Shown: piece after piece, positions 49,501-60,774 of the stretch
Layout of the letters: each line of letters opens with the position of its first letter
Position numbering within the stretch: the first letter of the stretch is position 1
Origin: Candidatus Cloacimonadales bacterium
Lineage (GTDB): Bacteria > Cloacimonadota > Cloacimonadia > Cloacimonadales > JAIOQZ01
DNA length: 64,000 nt
Direction of reading: 5' to 3'
NCBI GenBank assembly: GCA_963665815.1
Contig: OY762463.1
Span: forward strand, 992,001-1,056,000
Made by a program: the position numbers and the translations under genes
Notes under the pieces: generated by a model
Seen by the model: the letters and a program-made list of their open reading frames with translations, nothing else
Databases searched by the model: none
Told to the model about the DNA's origin: nothing

Positions 49501-50031
49501 TTAATTCAGATCAAATACGTTATCAAATAATACCCAGCCTCTCTCAGTATGGATCATTGCGTCAAATCTGAAGTGATATTCCTTATCCATTGATTTGAAG
49601 TAAACTCTTGGATTCTCAACGATTCTGAGTTCAATAGGCATCCCTTTGTCTTCAACAAGGTCTTCAATGTCGTATCTGATATATTCTACAGATTTCCAGT
49701 CAATATTGTATTGTTTACCAGCATCTTTCATACTTGTAAATAATTCGGCAACCATCTTTTTCTGTTCTTTTTCTCTTTTCTCAAAATCTTCTTTTGTCGA
49801 CTTCTTTTCTTCTTTTGACAAATCATTATAATCTTTACTGAGTTTATATTGAGAGAAAAAGAAATCAATATCATTTTTATTCATGCAGCAATCTTCGAAT
49901 TTTTCCAAAGAATCATTTTTCAATGCATCAATAATTCCTGACATTAAAGCTGTTTCAGAATTATCCTTTGAACAAGCTGCTGCAATCAGTAAAACAAACA
50001 AAGAAAAGGTAAATATTAAAATCTTTTTCAT
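49501..50031 (-). CDS. Hypothetical lipoprotein
   Basis: GGAGG RBS; lipobox AAAC. Confidence 0.7.
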   Translation of the reverse strand: MKKILIFTFSLFVLLIAAACSKDNSETALMSGIIDALKNDSLEKFEDCCMNKNDIDFFFSQYKLSKDYNDLSKEEKKSTKEDFEKREKEQKKMVAELFTSMKDAGKQYNIDWKSVEYIRYDIEDLVEDKGMPIELRIVENPRVYFKSMDKEYHFRFDAMIHTERGWVLFDNVFDLN

Positions 50032-50156
50032 AGTTCCTCCAAAGTACATTCAAGGAATTAGCTGTCCAGCGTCAATTTTTTTCTTCATCTCTAATCAAAA
50101 TACATTATGTTATCTGTGTATTTGCTAATGATGAATAGTATTAAGGTTAATCATAT

Positions 50157-50903
50157 ATGAAAGTAATCAGTAGAACCGAAAAGGGATACAAATCCGGAAA
50201 ACACAAGAATGAAGATAGCTTCCTGATTATTAATGGAGCAGGAAAGAACTTGCCTGAGAACCAATCTCTTTTTGTTGTCTGTGACGGTCTTGGAGGAATG
50301 AAAGCGGGAGATATTGCCAGCAAATTATGCTGTGATGAGTTAGGAAAACCTCTTGAACATACTGACAAGTATACTGATAAAACGATCTTAATCAATAAAA
50401 TGCTGGAAAATGCCAATCTCCAAATCTACACCAGACAAGCAGAAAACAAAAATTTGTCAGGAATGGCAACAACAGCAGTTTTATTAATGCTCTGTGAAAA
50501 TATGGCATACATAAATTCTGTCGGAGATAGCAGATTATACTTGTTACGCAATGGAATAATTTCTCAGATAACCGAGGATGAAACTATTGTCTGGGATCTC
50601 TTTAAAAGTGGTAAGATCACAAAGGATCAACTTGTGAATCATCCGCAAAGCCATTTATTGACCAATGCTGTGGGTTCCAGTAAAGATATTTCTCTGAGAC
50701 CTGTTATAACTTTTGCATTTGAATCCGGGGATATATTCCTTCTCTGTAGTGATGGCTTGCATGATCATATCACAGACAAAGTAATAGAAGCAATTCTTAA
50801 TGAAAACGTAACACTTGATGAAATATCTGAAAAACTGATTTCTGCAGCAAGAGAATCAAAATCTGATGATGATATAACGATTGTACTGGTTTCTATTGAC
50901 TGA
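50157..50903 (+). CDS. PP2C-family Ser/Thr protein phosphatase
   Basis: NED, CDGLGG, GDSRLY, LCSDGL, DDIT. Confidence 0.92.
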   Translation: MKVISRTEKGYKSGKHKNEDSFLIINGAGKNLPENQSLFVVCDGLGGMKAGDIASKLCCDELGKPLEHTDKYTDKTILINKMLENANLQIYTRQAENKNLSGMATTAVLLMLCENMAYINSVGDSRLYLLRNGIISQITEDETIVWDLFKSGKITKDQLVNHPQSHLLTNAVGSSKDISLRPVITFAFESGDIFLLCSDGLHDHITDKVIEAILNENVTLDEISEKLISAARESKSDDDITIVLVSID

Positions 50904-50981
50904 ATGAAAGCTCATCACCAAATTCTTCATCAGTGCAAATATTTATTGACTTAATCTATAATAGTTACTTAATTAACAATT

Positions 50982-53015
50982 ATGATACGAAAATGTGTAA
51001 TCTTTATATTAATGCTCTCGGCTATTGCCATTAGTTTATCTGCACTGGAAATTCTTGACCCGGAAAATCCTGATTTTCTGGTAATTGACAATACAAGATT
51101 CCAGTTAAACCCGGTTATCAAAATTTCCAATTACCCACAGGCTGGTAACTATATACCGCAGCTTGTGTTTAGAAATATATCATCCCGGGCAGACACTACT
51201 TATATCGTTTATGAATATTCAATATGCAGATTAACTCTTAAAATATCAGAGTATCCATTTATTGATAATGCGTACAGTTTTGAATACCACTTATCAGGCA
51301 GGCAGGAACTCAAATTAAAGGATTTATTTATAGAATTTTCTGCAGATAATATTTCTAATACTTTATACGGACCGGAAGCAATCTATTATAATGATTCTTC
51401 CTATAATCTGCCAACAGTTCCGTTCAAAGATAGAATTGTAAAATATGAGATCGGAAATCGACAGCTATACATTACAGGTTCAAAATATCCAGGAACATCC
51501 AATATTGAAGTGATTAAAGATAATAACATTTTCATTTACGACAGTGATTTCCATAAGGCATTCTGGGGAAAGGGAAATGTCTGGCTTGACTGGAAAATAC
51601 TTTCTGAGCAGAGAAGAATCTCAGGTTCATTTATTATCTCTTCCGAAAATCCTGATTATCCGCTGTTCAATTATTTTCCGAAAGGTAAAAAAGCGGCTTT
51701 CACATTATCAAGTGATGCTGATTATGAAACAGTAAATCGTCTGAGAGCAATATTCTTCGGAAGTAATATCACCAGTCATCCTGACTATGGTACAAAAGGT
51801 CTGGTAGCAAACGATCTAAGAGTAACAAATTCGATTTTCGGTTATCACTGGGAAAGAGATGCAGCAGTACATCAGGAGATTATAGCTGCAGGTAACAGAA
51901 TTGCTTATCATACATATTACTCAATGAAAGACGAAAGAATAGACCTGATTAACAATTTACAGAATGAAGTTTCTGATTTAGGCATAAACTACTGGATAGA
52001 CCATAATGCTGGACTAAATCCGGAAGACCTTGCAGCAAATGGAGCGGTGCCGGGAAGTGACAACTATATTCTTGATATCCTGGAGGATGCTTCATTTAAA
52101 TATGCCTGGATTACAGATTCAAAAAATTATAAACGCAATGCTTTCGATGAATATTTTGAGTTACCTCATCATTGTGAAGCAATGACCGGAGACTATGAAT
52201 TATATATTCTGGGGCGTCGTTCCGGTATAAACTGGGAATGGATGTCCGATTCATATCATTTGGGATTTAAACCAAATGTAACAGATTCCACAATAACCGA
52301 TTTGTTAGCCCACAGAGGGCTCATGCATATGTATACTCATTTATGTATGCCTAATACAGGTGGCACTATAGGATTTCTTGATTTTATTGATTCGGATTCA
52401 AGGTACGAAATTAAACCCGATGTTGAAACATGTTTCAGGATGCTGAACTATCATCAGACATTTTCAGGATTATGGGTTGCTCCGGCAGAAGAAATATATG
52501 ACAGAATGTTTATCGTAGACTCACTTAAGATTACCTTTATACGTAATCTTAGTGACAGAACAATATTTGATATTCACAATCCGACTGATCAGCATCTGAC
52601 AAATATGGAAATAAGTTATATGAATAATGACTTTGTTTTAGATCTTCCTCCCGGTTCAACTGAAACTATAATGTTCAGACATCCATTAAATGTTGATTCA
52701 GACGAACAGATTCCTGATGAGAATACTCAGTATGTAGATATTACTGAAGATGAAAACGAAAAACAAGATGGGATACTGGTAACAACACATATCGTAGATA
52801 GTAGTCTAATAATAAAAGTTATGCTTGCCAAAAAAGAGCATTCAACCAATATTAATATATATAACATAAAGGGGCAGAAAGTTCTGTCAAAATTGCTACC
52901 GGCAGGAATTCAAACTCTCAGATTGCCGATCTCAGACCTTTCAACAGGAATGTATCTGGTCAGATGCAAATCCGGTAAGCAGACTAAAATCGTCAAAGCG
53001 TTGATATTAAAATAA
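50982..53015 (+). CDS. Secreted protein with a deacetylase-like barrel and a T9SS type A-like C-terminal sorting domain
   Basis: P.GKKAAFTL..DAD, IAYH, YWIDH; IYNIKGQKV...LSTGMYLVR. Confidence 0.7.
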   Translation: MIRKCVIFILMLSAIAISLSALEILDPENPDFLVIDNTRFQLNPVIKISNYPQAGNYIPQLVFRNISSRADTTYIVYEYSICRLTLKISEYPFIDNAYSFEYHLSGRQELKLKDLFIEFSADNISNTLYGPEAIYYNDSSYNLPTVPFKDRIVKYEIGNRQLYITGSKYPGTSNIEVIKDNNIFIYDSDFHKAFWGKGNVWLDWKILSEQRRISGSFIISSENPDYPLFNYFPKGKKAAFTLSSDADYETVNRLRAIFFGSNITSHPDYGTKGLVANDLRVTNSIFGYHWERDAAVHQEIIAAGNRIAYHTYYSMKDERIDLINNLQNEVSDLGINYWIDHNAGLNPEDLAANGAVPGSDNYILDILEDASFKYAWITDSKNYKRNAFDEYFELPHHCEAMTGDYELYILGRRSGINWEWMSDSYHLGFKPNVTDSTITDLLAHRGLMHMYTHLCMPNTGGTIGFLDFIDSDSRYEIKPDVETCFRMLNYHQTFSGLWVAPAEEIYDRMFIVDSLKITFIRNLSDRTIFDIHNPTDQHLTNMEISYMNNDFVLDLPPGSTETIMFRHPLNVDSDEQIPDENTQYVDITEDENEKQDGILVTTHIVDSSLIIKVMLAKKEHSTNINIYNIKGQKVLSKLLPAGIQTLRLPISDLSTGMYLVRCKSGKQTKIVKALILK

Positions 53016-53110
53016 TTTTCAGATTTTAAATTGTGTAGAAAATTAATTCGTGTTATATTATTTTTGTAAAAATATTAACAATATAGTGAATCTATATTCA
53101 AAGGATTGTA

Positions 53111-56100
53111 ATGAAAACTAGTCTTCAGCTTAAAATAATCGCAATCTTCTTAGTTTCAGCATTTATTGCGATTTTATCAATGAGTTTTTTCTCTCTGAAC
53201 AGTATCAAAAAAATCAGTTCTACAGCAATTAGTTCAATAGACAGTCTTGGTAACAAGAGTCTTGCAACTCTACAGGCTACTGGAAACCAGAACATTAAAC
53301 AGAGTACTCATGCTCTTGATAAAAAGTCTATCGAAACTCAGCAGCTGAGATGTACTGAAATTGCTTATGATGTATCAAGATTCCTTTATGAGAGAGATAA
53401 AGATCTTAAGATACTGGCAATGATGAATCCGGAAGCGAATACTTACCTGAAATTCTACAAGAATTGTAATGGCAAAGTAGTAGAAACAACTCCCGATTAC
53501 GATAAAGCACAGGAAAAAATCCAATGGAACCCAAAAGGCAGAACTAGTATCGATCCAATAAATCAAAAACAATTCACATACTTTGATTCATTACCATTTA
53601 ATACGAAAACAATACCATTATATAAAGAAATTACTTTTTATGATCTCAATGGTAAGGAAAAAATTAAAATAAAGAATGGAAAGATATCATCTGACCTCCG
53701 CAATATAAGCTTGAGACGAAACACTTATTGCAAAGCTGAAATTTACAGAGAACTCCTGGTTGAAGATGTAGAGTTAAACTCAAATCATTACTACGAAATG
53801 GACGATAAAAACATTCAGGGGTTAATTGAAGAACTTGAAATCCCCAGAGACAAAAAATGGATGAAAAAAAGATACTTTTTCAAGCATGACAAGAATGGCA
53901 ATGTTATTGAAAAAACCTATTTTGAGCATTGCAAGTCACTTAAAAAAGGTGAAATCTACGTTTCAAGAGTAATTGGGGAATATATTCCAACACATATTAT
54001 CGGCAATTACACTGAAGAAAATCTTAAGAAACTTGGAAAACCATATAATCCTGAACAAAGTGCGTATGCAGGTAGAGAGAATCCCGCTGGAAAGAAGTTT
54101 CAGGGTATTGTAAGATGGGTAACTCCGGTTTATCAAGGCAATACGAAAATTGGTTACGTTACAATGGCATTAGACCATACACATATCATGGAGTTCACAG
54201 ATCATATTGTACCAACAGATGAAAGATTCACTGAAGTAACTGATCCTGGTTCAGGAAACTATGCTTTCCTGTGGGATGATGCTCACAGATGTATTTCTCA
54301 TGGCAGGGATTATTTCATCATGGGATTTAATTCCAGAACAGGTAGAGAGATACTTCCCTGGAACCCCAAAGACTGGATGAAGCAGATAAAATCAGGTTTT
54401 GTTGGATTAGATGGTAAATACCTGAAAGAAAAAGCCCCTCAATGCGATGGTTGGATTAACTGCACCGAGTACGGAGGATCAGGTTCATTTCTGATATACT
54501 GGAGCGGACTATGGAAGTTCACTGCTGTTGCTTCGGTACCATACACAACCGGACATTACAAAGACTATCCTCGAGGATTCGGATATGTAACATTAGGTGC
54601 TGAAATTGCTGATTTTCACAAAGATATATCAATAATGGAAAATGATCTTAAGACTCAATATGCAGCATTCGAGAATGAAATTCAGCAATCAAACATTGAT
54701 GCGAAAACTCTGTTTAATTCAATTGCAAGCAAAAATATGAATGCATTGATTCTTATTTCATTCCTTATATTTATTGCGATTATTATCATAGGCTATTATA
54801 CATCTAAAAAACTTGTTCAACCTGTTAAAGCTCTCACGGATGCTGCTCAAAAAATATCAAAAGGTAATTTTGAAATTAGTGTTGAAAACAAAAGTACGGA
54901 TGAAATCGGTTTCCTCAGTCAAACCTTTGAAGCTATGGCAAAAGATCTGAAGGACGGTTTTGATAAAATAGAATATCAGAACAACAGACTTGTTGAGCTG
55001 GATAAGCTTAAAGATGACTTTCTGGCAAATACCTCACATGAATTACGTACACCATTAAATGGAATTATTGGAATTGCCGAATCTATGGTTGATCCTTCAA
55101 GAGGCTTTTCCAAGAATGATATAAGCAGAAACCTTATGATGATTGTTTCCAGTGGGAGAAGACTGGCAAGCTTAGTTAATGACATCCTTGATTTTTCCAA
55201 ACTGAAAAAGAAAGATATTACTCTGAGTATTGCTGCTATTGACCTTTATTCTGTAACTGATGTTGTTTTAAAACTTTCTGCTCCGCTTGTTGGTAAGAAA
55301 AAGCTTAAGCTTCTCAATGAAGTCCCCGGAGATATTCCTTTAGTTCAAGCAGATGAAAACAGACTTCAGCAAATTATGCATAACATTATTGGTAATGCAA
55401 TTAAGTTTACGGATGAAGGATATGTTAAAGTAAAAGCTGAGAAGCAAAATAATAAAATTATGGTAGCAATATCAGATACCGGTATTGGTATTCCTGGAGA
55501 AAAACTGGATACTATATTCGAATCATTTGAGCAGGTTGACAGCTCTGTATCAAGAATATACGGAGGTACCGGACTGGGACTGGCTGTATCCAAGCAACTT
55601 ATTGAACTTCATGGTGGAAATATAACAGTTGAATCTGAAATCGACAAGGGATCTGTCTTCTCGTTCACATTGAGGATTTCTGAAGATCAGTCTAAAAAAT
55701 CCGAGATTACTGAAATGAAAGAACAGGATTACGTAAGTATCATAAATCCTGAATTGCTGAGTGAAATTAACGAAATCCAGGACTCTCTTCCGGAAGATGG
55801 TTCTCAATACAATATTCTTGCCGTTGATGATGATCCGATAAACTTACAGGTTCTGGAGAATTTCCTTAATCAGGAAAAATTCAAAGTGATTTGCGTTAAT
55901 AATGGATTTGAAGCTCTTAAAGCAATTGATGAAGGATTCCAGCCTGATCTGATTCTTCTGGATATAATGATGCCTAAAATGTCGGGTTTCCAAGTACTTG
56001 AAAAAATCAGAGATAAATTCCAGCTTCACGAATTACCGGTTGTTCTATTGACAGCCAAAAATCAGGTAAATGATGTTATTCAGGGATTTAATACCGGTAC

Positions 56101-56617
56101 AAATGACTATCTTACAAAGCCAATATCAAGAAACGAATTGCTGGCACGATTAAGAACCCACCTGTCTCTTCTTGAAACCAATAAAAAACTGAAGAAACTT
56201 AACACAGAACTTGAATCAGCAGTCAAGGAACGAACAAATAAGATTCAGACACAGAATGATAAGCTGGAAAATACACTTAATCGACTTAAAGATGCTCAGG
56301 ATGATCTTCTTCAGCTTGAAAGAACCAAAGCAGCACTGGCAATGGCAGTGACAGTCAACCACGAGATAAATCAGCCTCTTATGGTTCTTCAAGGTAATCT
56401 TGAAATGCTTATAATGAAGCTATCTGATGATCTTGAACTGGTGAAATACGGTAAATATGTAGATTCAATTAAAAGATCTATTGAAAAAATAAAATCAATC
56501 TTACATGGATTCAGAAAAGCTGACTATATAGAATTCACTGATTATATTGATGGAACCAACATGGTTCAGATTGAAAAAATACTTGTTCCAGATCCAGATA
56601 ATGAGGATAATGAATAG
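53111..56617 (+). CDS. Hybrid sensor kinase (large extracytoplasmic sensor, HAMP, HisKA, HATPase, REC, second HisKA-like)
   Basis: SHELRTPL, GGTGLGL, DIMMP, terminal NHEINQPL. Confidence 0.92.
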   Translation: MKTSLQLKIIAIFLVSAFIAILSMSFFSLNSIKKISSTAISSIDSLGNKSLATLQATGNQNIKQSTHALDKKSIETQQLRCTEIAYDVSRFLYERDKDLKILAMMNPEANTYLKFYKNCNGKVVETTPDYDKAQEKIQWNPKGRTSIDPINQKQFTYFDSLPFNTKTIPLYKEITFYDLNGKEKIKIKNGKISSDLRNISLRRNTYCKAEIYRELLVEDVELNSNHYYEMDDKNIQGLIEELEIPRDKKWMKKRYFFKHDKNGNVIEKTYFEHCKSLKKGEIYVSRVIGEYIPTHIIGNYTEENLKKLGKPYNPEQSAYAGRENPAGKKFQGIVRWVTPVYQGNTKIGYVTMALDHTHIMEFTDHIVPTDERFTEVTDPGSGNYAFLWDDAHRCISHGRDYFIMGFNSRTGREILPWNPKDWMKQIKSGFVGLDGKYLKEKAPQCDGWINCTEYGGSGSFLIYWSGLWKFTAVASVPYTTGHYKDYPRGFGYVTLGAEIADFHKDISIMENDLKTQYAAFENEIQQSNIDAKTLFNSIASKNMNALILISFLIFIAIIIIGYYTSKKLVQPVKALTDAAQKISKGNFEISVENKSTDEIGFLSQTFEAMAKDLKDGFDKIEYQNNRLVELDKLKDDFLANTSHELRTPLNGIIGIAESMVDPSRGFSKNDISRNLMMIVSSGRRLASLVNDILDFSKLKKKDITLSIAAIDLYSVTDVVLKLSAPLVGKKKLKLLNEVPGDIPLVQADENRLQQIMHNIIGNAIKFTDEGYVKVKAEKQNNKIMVAISDTGIGIPGEKLDTIFESFEQVDSSVSRIYGGTGLGLAVSKQLIELHGGNITVESEIDKGSVFSFTLRISEDQSKKSEITEMKEQDYVSIINPELLSEINEIQDSLPEDGSQYNILAVDDDPINLQVLENFLNQEKFKVICVNNGFEALKAIDEGFQPDLILLDIMMPKMSGFQVLEKIRDKFQLHELPVVLLTAKNQVNDVIQGFNTGTNDYLTKPISRNELLARLRTHLSLLETNKKLKKLNTELESAVKERTNKIQTQNDKLENTLNRLKDAQDDLLQLERTKAALAMAVTVNHEINQPLMVLQGNLEMLIMKLSDDLELVKYGKYVDSIKRSIEKIKSILHGFRKADYIEFTDYIDGTNMVQIEKILVPDPDNEDNE

Positions 56618-56628
56618 TCATCAGACAT

Positions 56629-56660
56629 AAAAAAACGGCAGTCACATGACTGCCGTTTTC
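56629..56660. terminator. Bidirectional terminator
   Basis: AAAACGGCAGTCA/TGACTGCCGTTTT perfect stem. Confidence 0.85.
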
Positions 56661-56680
56661 TTATATTTCTAATGTGTTTT

Positions 56681-58090
56681 TTAGTTTACTGTCATGATTG
56701 CTTCAAAACCATAAGGACCTTTCTTAATCCTGTTTACCTTAAGAGGAGCGTTAGATGGTGAAGATATTTTATCAACTCCCGGAAGATTCTTTATATTTAC
56801 ATTGAAACTTTTCATTTTTCCACTGATTGATGATCTTATTCCTTTCGTCAGTCTATCAGGCAGGAACGGAAGAGAAAATCTCTTAATTGAGAACTTTTTA
56901 AGAGTAAGTCCATTCCTTGAAATCTCCCAGTCACAAATCATTTCAAGAGTGAGATCAACATGGTGACCCAGGCATTCTATTCTATTAATAATACCTACTA
57001 CAAGCTGTTTTCCATCTGTTGGCTCAAACTTCATTTTCTTGAAATCAACTTTGAAAAGCCTGTCTATAGTCTTAGCTTTTAATTGATCATAAAGACTTTC
57101 TTCATTAGGAAACCCAATAGTAAAAGTATATTTATTACCAACTTTTTCGAGGGAAATCATATTGTTTGCTAATGTATTAAGTCCACTATTTACTTTACCC
57201 ATAACAAAATTGCCTACTTTTTTAGCAATAACACCTAATTGATCTGTAACCTGCTGAGTCATTTTGTGAACTTCCATTGCTCTCTTTTCAGCCATATCTC
57301 TGGTCGATTTTACTTCATCGCCTGTGGCAATGTATATCATTTCCCATTGCTGAGCTAAAGTATTGTTCTGCTCCCACATTTGAACTGCTGTACCATTAGT
57401 GTTGTTTCCACCTCTTGCATCAATAACAAGGTTGTTCATTTTTGAAACAAATACGAATCTATTCTTACCAACATTCTGTATTCTCCATTGATATGAATTG
57501 GCTTGAGGATCATTGCGATTATTAATATCGTATCCAGAATTAAGTATAATCTGCTGACCATGATCCTGAGCTTGAACCCACATACCAGTTTTACACTGAA
57601 CCCAATAGTATCCAAAATCATCTGGATGCTTTGTTCTTTCATAAACAGATACAAATCTGTAACGTCTGTCAGCAGGAGGATATTCCTGAAATGTTATTCC
57701 CCATAGCATTATAGGCTTATTGGGACCTTCACATTCTTTACCATTTCCTGCAATATCCCAGAAACGACCTATATCATGTTTATCTTTCTTTAATGCCGGG
57801 CGAATTGCCACCCATCTTTCTTCTTCGGGTACAAATGTATCTCCCCAGCAGAGAATATATCTGTCCCAGCCAAGTTTATGTTCTACTTTCTTCTTAACGG
57901 TCTTAGCACCTTTTTCTACTTCCTTTGCCCCTTTATTGGCTACTTTATTAACCTCTTTTGCGCCTTTTTTAACAGTCTTTCCAACTTTTTTCCCAACTTT
58001 TTTCGCTTTCTTACGAATACTATCAAAGGGATCTGCACTTAAGCTGATTGCAACAAATAAGATCAATATCAATGCTAATTTTCTTTTCAT
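56681..58090 (-). CDS. Secreted ricin-type beta-trefoil lectin domain protein
   Basis: Signal peptide; VIDARGG..NGTAVQMW, QQW; Lys-rich N-terminal repeats. Confidence 0.75.
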   Translation of the reverse strand: MKRKLALILILFVAISLSADPFDSIRKKAKKVGKKVGKTVKKGAKEVNKVANKGAKEVEKGAKTVKKKVEHKLGWDRYILCWGDTFVPEEERWVAIRPALKKDKHDIGRFWDIAGNGKECEGPNKPIMLWGITFQEYPPADRRYRFVSVYERTKHPDDFGYYWVQCKTGMWVQAQDHGQQIILNSGYDINNRNDPQANSYQWRIQNVGKNRFVFVSKMNNLVIDARGGNNTNGTAVQMWEQNNTLAQQWEMIYIATGDEVKSTRDMAEKRAMEVHKMTQQVTDQLGVIAKKVGNFVMGKVNSGLNTLANNMISLEKVGNKYTFTIGFPNEESLYDQLKAKTIDRLFKVDFKKMKFEPTDGKQLVVGIINRIECLGHHVDLTLEMICDWEISRNGLTLKKFSIKRFSLPFLPDRLTKGIRSSISGKMKSFNVNIKNLPGVDKISSPSNAPLKVNRIKKGPYGFEAIMTVN

Positions 58091-58203
58091 TTATTTCTTC
58101 CTTAATTTTTTTTACTTCAATTGCAAAGTAATTTCAATAATCTAAAAAACATTTATATTGGTCAACCGAAAATGTATATCAATATTCAAACCAAGTGAGA
58201 ATA

Positions 58204-59412
58204 CTAAAATAGGTTATGTCTCACAAATAAGTTAATTCCACACCCGTTTTTATTTTCTTTCGGAATTGAATAATCTTCAACTCCATCTAACCTTATTTCC
58301 GGGAAAATAACCCTGTTTACAAGGATGTCAGCTCTTAAACCAAAAATCATCCTGTTTTTCTCAACTGAAAAACCAACAGCAAATCCAATATCGTCTATCT
58401 CAATATCATCATCAGAAACCGTTTGCTGTATTCTTGGTTCCCAAAAATCCATTTCAACTGTCCTTTCTGAATTCACAATATGATTTATCTTCAATCCACC
58501 AAACAGAGAAAATTGCTTAACCGGAGAATATACAATGAAAGCCGGTATCTCAAGCAGATTTATCATTGTCTTTTCCTCATAGGAATCATAATCATCAATT
58601 TCTTTTTCATAAGTCTTTACGAGCGGTTTCATTAAAACACCAGTCCTGATTTCGAAATGTTCCTTAATGGGATAATCATATGTTAATCCGGCATACAAAC
58701 CCCTTAAATCTCCAATGCAAAATCCATATTCCAACCTTAAACTTGACTCCTCCATCTCGTCAGCAGGTCTGTAATAAGGCTTTACGCACTTCATAAAATC
58801 AAATGGAAAATCAACTTCTATTGCCAGCAAATCATAGTCAGTATATATAAATCTATCCTGAGTATATAAAGGATTTAAATCATCTTCAGACAATATGTAT
58901 GATTTCCCCCTGAAATAAGAACCGAGACTTAAACCGCTCTTAAAACGAACATTTTGAAAAAAAGAGTAAGAGAACCTGAAAGAAACTCCCAAAGCGTGCT
59001 TTGATTGTTCTACTAAAGGTTCTTTTTCATAATAAGGTCCATCATAATCCCCACCAGGAAGTGAAAATTTACAGTCATATCCTCTTAAACCTTCTTGATT
59101 ACAGTAACGATAGAACACTCCTGTTTCCATCATCACGTCCACACCATACACATCTGATGTATAGAAAATATGAGAGCACTTTACATCAGTAATCTGATAA
59201 TTGTATCTATGATATGCAAATGCTGATTCTGCGTATCTGAATCCATACAACAATCCGGAAAATCTGTTAAGAACTTCTGCTTCACCGTTTACAGGAGTGA
59301 AGAGAGAACCTTCGTATTTCAAACTGAATCTGAACTGCTCTAAATCAATAGCAAATGAAAATACAGGAATAAATAAAAGGACAAAAACGTATGTAAGTAA
59401 AATCTTTCTCAA
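58204..59412 (-). CDS. Outer-membrane protein, probably two tandem beta-barrel domains
   Basis: Signal peptide; LEIP motif; C-terminal Phe. Confidence 0.6.
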   Translation of the reverse strand: MRKILLTYVFVLLFIPVFSFAIDLEQFRFSLKYEGSLFTPVNGEAEVLNRFSGLLYGFRYAESAFAYHRYNYQITDVKCSHIFYTSDVYGVDVMMETGVFYRYCNQEGLRGYDCKFSLPGGDYDGPYYEKEPLVEQSKHALGVSFRFSYSFFQNVRFKSGLSLGSYFRGKSYILSEDDLNPLYTQDRFIYTDYDLLAIEVDFPFDFMKCVKPYYRPADEMEESSLRLEYGFCIGDLRGLYAGLTYDYPIKEHFEIRTGVLMKPLVKTYEKEIDDYDSYEEKTMINLLEIPAFIVYSPVKQFSLFGGLKINHIVNSERTVEMDFWEPRIQQTVSDDDIEIDDIGFAVGFSVEKNRMIFGLRADILVNRVIFPEIRLDGVEDYSIPKENKNGCGINLFVRHNLF

Positions 59413-59685
59413 AATCTCTCCTGATGTAATGATAACATAAGATGTTTTGTTACAAATCATTTGTCAAGCAAAGTCTCATATGATTACTAACTCCTGATCA
59501 CATTTCACTTAGTTTCATCACTCATGTAATAGCTCTTCATTTACATAATTGAAAAAATCTTGATTCGGCATAGTTAGTGTACACGTCTTTTAATATCTAA
59601 ACAATTTATTGACTTTCTTGTTGTACATTCTTTTTTATAACTACTACTCATTTTTACACAATTAAATCAAAAAAAGGATAAATCT

Positions 59686-60669
59686 ATGAAAAAATCACGA
59701 AATTGTCATGCAATGGATTACATCCAAATGGATTAATGAACCAATCAAAGTGTTTTACAGACTTGGTATCCCTGATTTTTTAGGCAATACTTCTATGACT
59801 CTAGAGGAATTATCACTGTTGACACAAACGATTCCAGAAAAACTGATCAGACTATTGCGAGTCCTTGAATCAGTAAAAATTGTAAGTGTAACTGATAATG
59901 ATATCAGTCTGACAGAAACAGGTAGTTTGTTTCAAAAAAAACAACTTGGCTGTATTGCCGGTATGATATTTTCAGACTGGCATGATTCTGCCTGATCACG
60001 ATTAGATGACTGTCTTAAGTCAAATGAAAATGGTTTTGAGTTAGCTCACAATTCTGAAGCATTCGACTGGCTTTCTAAGCATCCGGAGTATATGCAACAA
60101 TATAATTCAGCCAATAGGATGAAATCACAAATGATTAGCCATATCTATTGGAGAATTATGACTTCTCAACTACGACATCTATTGTTGATATCGGAGGAGG
60201 AAATGGAGGAATATCAATTACTTTAAAGAATATTTTTCCAGAGCTTGAAGTAGTTCTGACTGATTCCGAAACTGTGATATCACATCTTGCGTCTGATATT
60301 CACTTTCAGGAGTCCTCAATCGTTCTCGAAGCTTGTAATTTCTTTGAATCAGTCCCGTTCATATCCGATAAAGCCCTGTTATCAAACATTCTTCATGACT
60401 GGGATGATGAAAGATGTGCTGAAATTCTTAAGATTCTTAAGGATAACTCTGCTGCATCCAACAAAATCCTGATTATGGAATATCTTGTACCTGAAGATTC
60501 ATCTTTCAATGTGAGTAAATTGCTTGATATTGAGATGATGGTAATGGGAAGCGGTAAAGAAAGAACGCTATCTGAATATGAAAATTTGTTTGCTCAATGT
60601 AAATTTAAAATATCCAACCTGATCAAAACAAAATCTGGATTATCAATCATTGAAATTTCACACAGCTGA
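59686..60669 (+). pseudogene. O-methyltransferase (family 2, dimerisation + SAM domain), disrupted
   Basis: Frameshift in A6 after ATG 59686, TGA at 59993 at a likely Trp position, frameshift near 60145; VDIGGGNG, NFFESVP, ILHDWDD, G.ERT..EY. Confidence 0.85.
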
Positions 60670-60774
60670 CACCATTAAACGTCAACACCTTTTTTAATCA
60701 CACTTCAAACACAATTTTCATGCAATTCATTGATTTTCTTGACTTGAAAATCGACAATCCCAAAATCCATCTAT

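Noticed and set aside
59993-59995. In-frame TGA as selenocysteine or TGA=Trp recoding
   Set aside because: The same gene carries two frameshifts, the position fits Trp not Cys, other genes end normally in TGA, and long ORFs are uninterrupted under code 11
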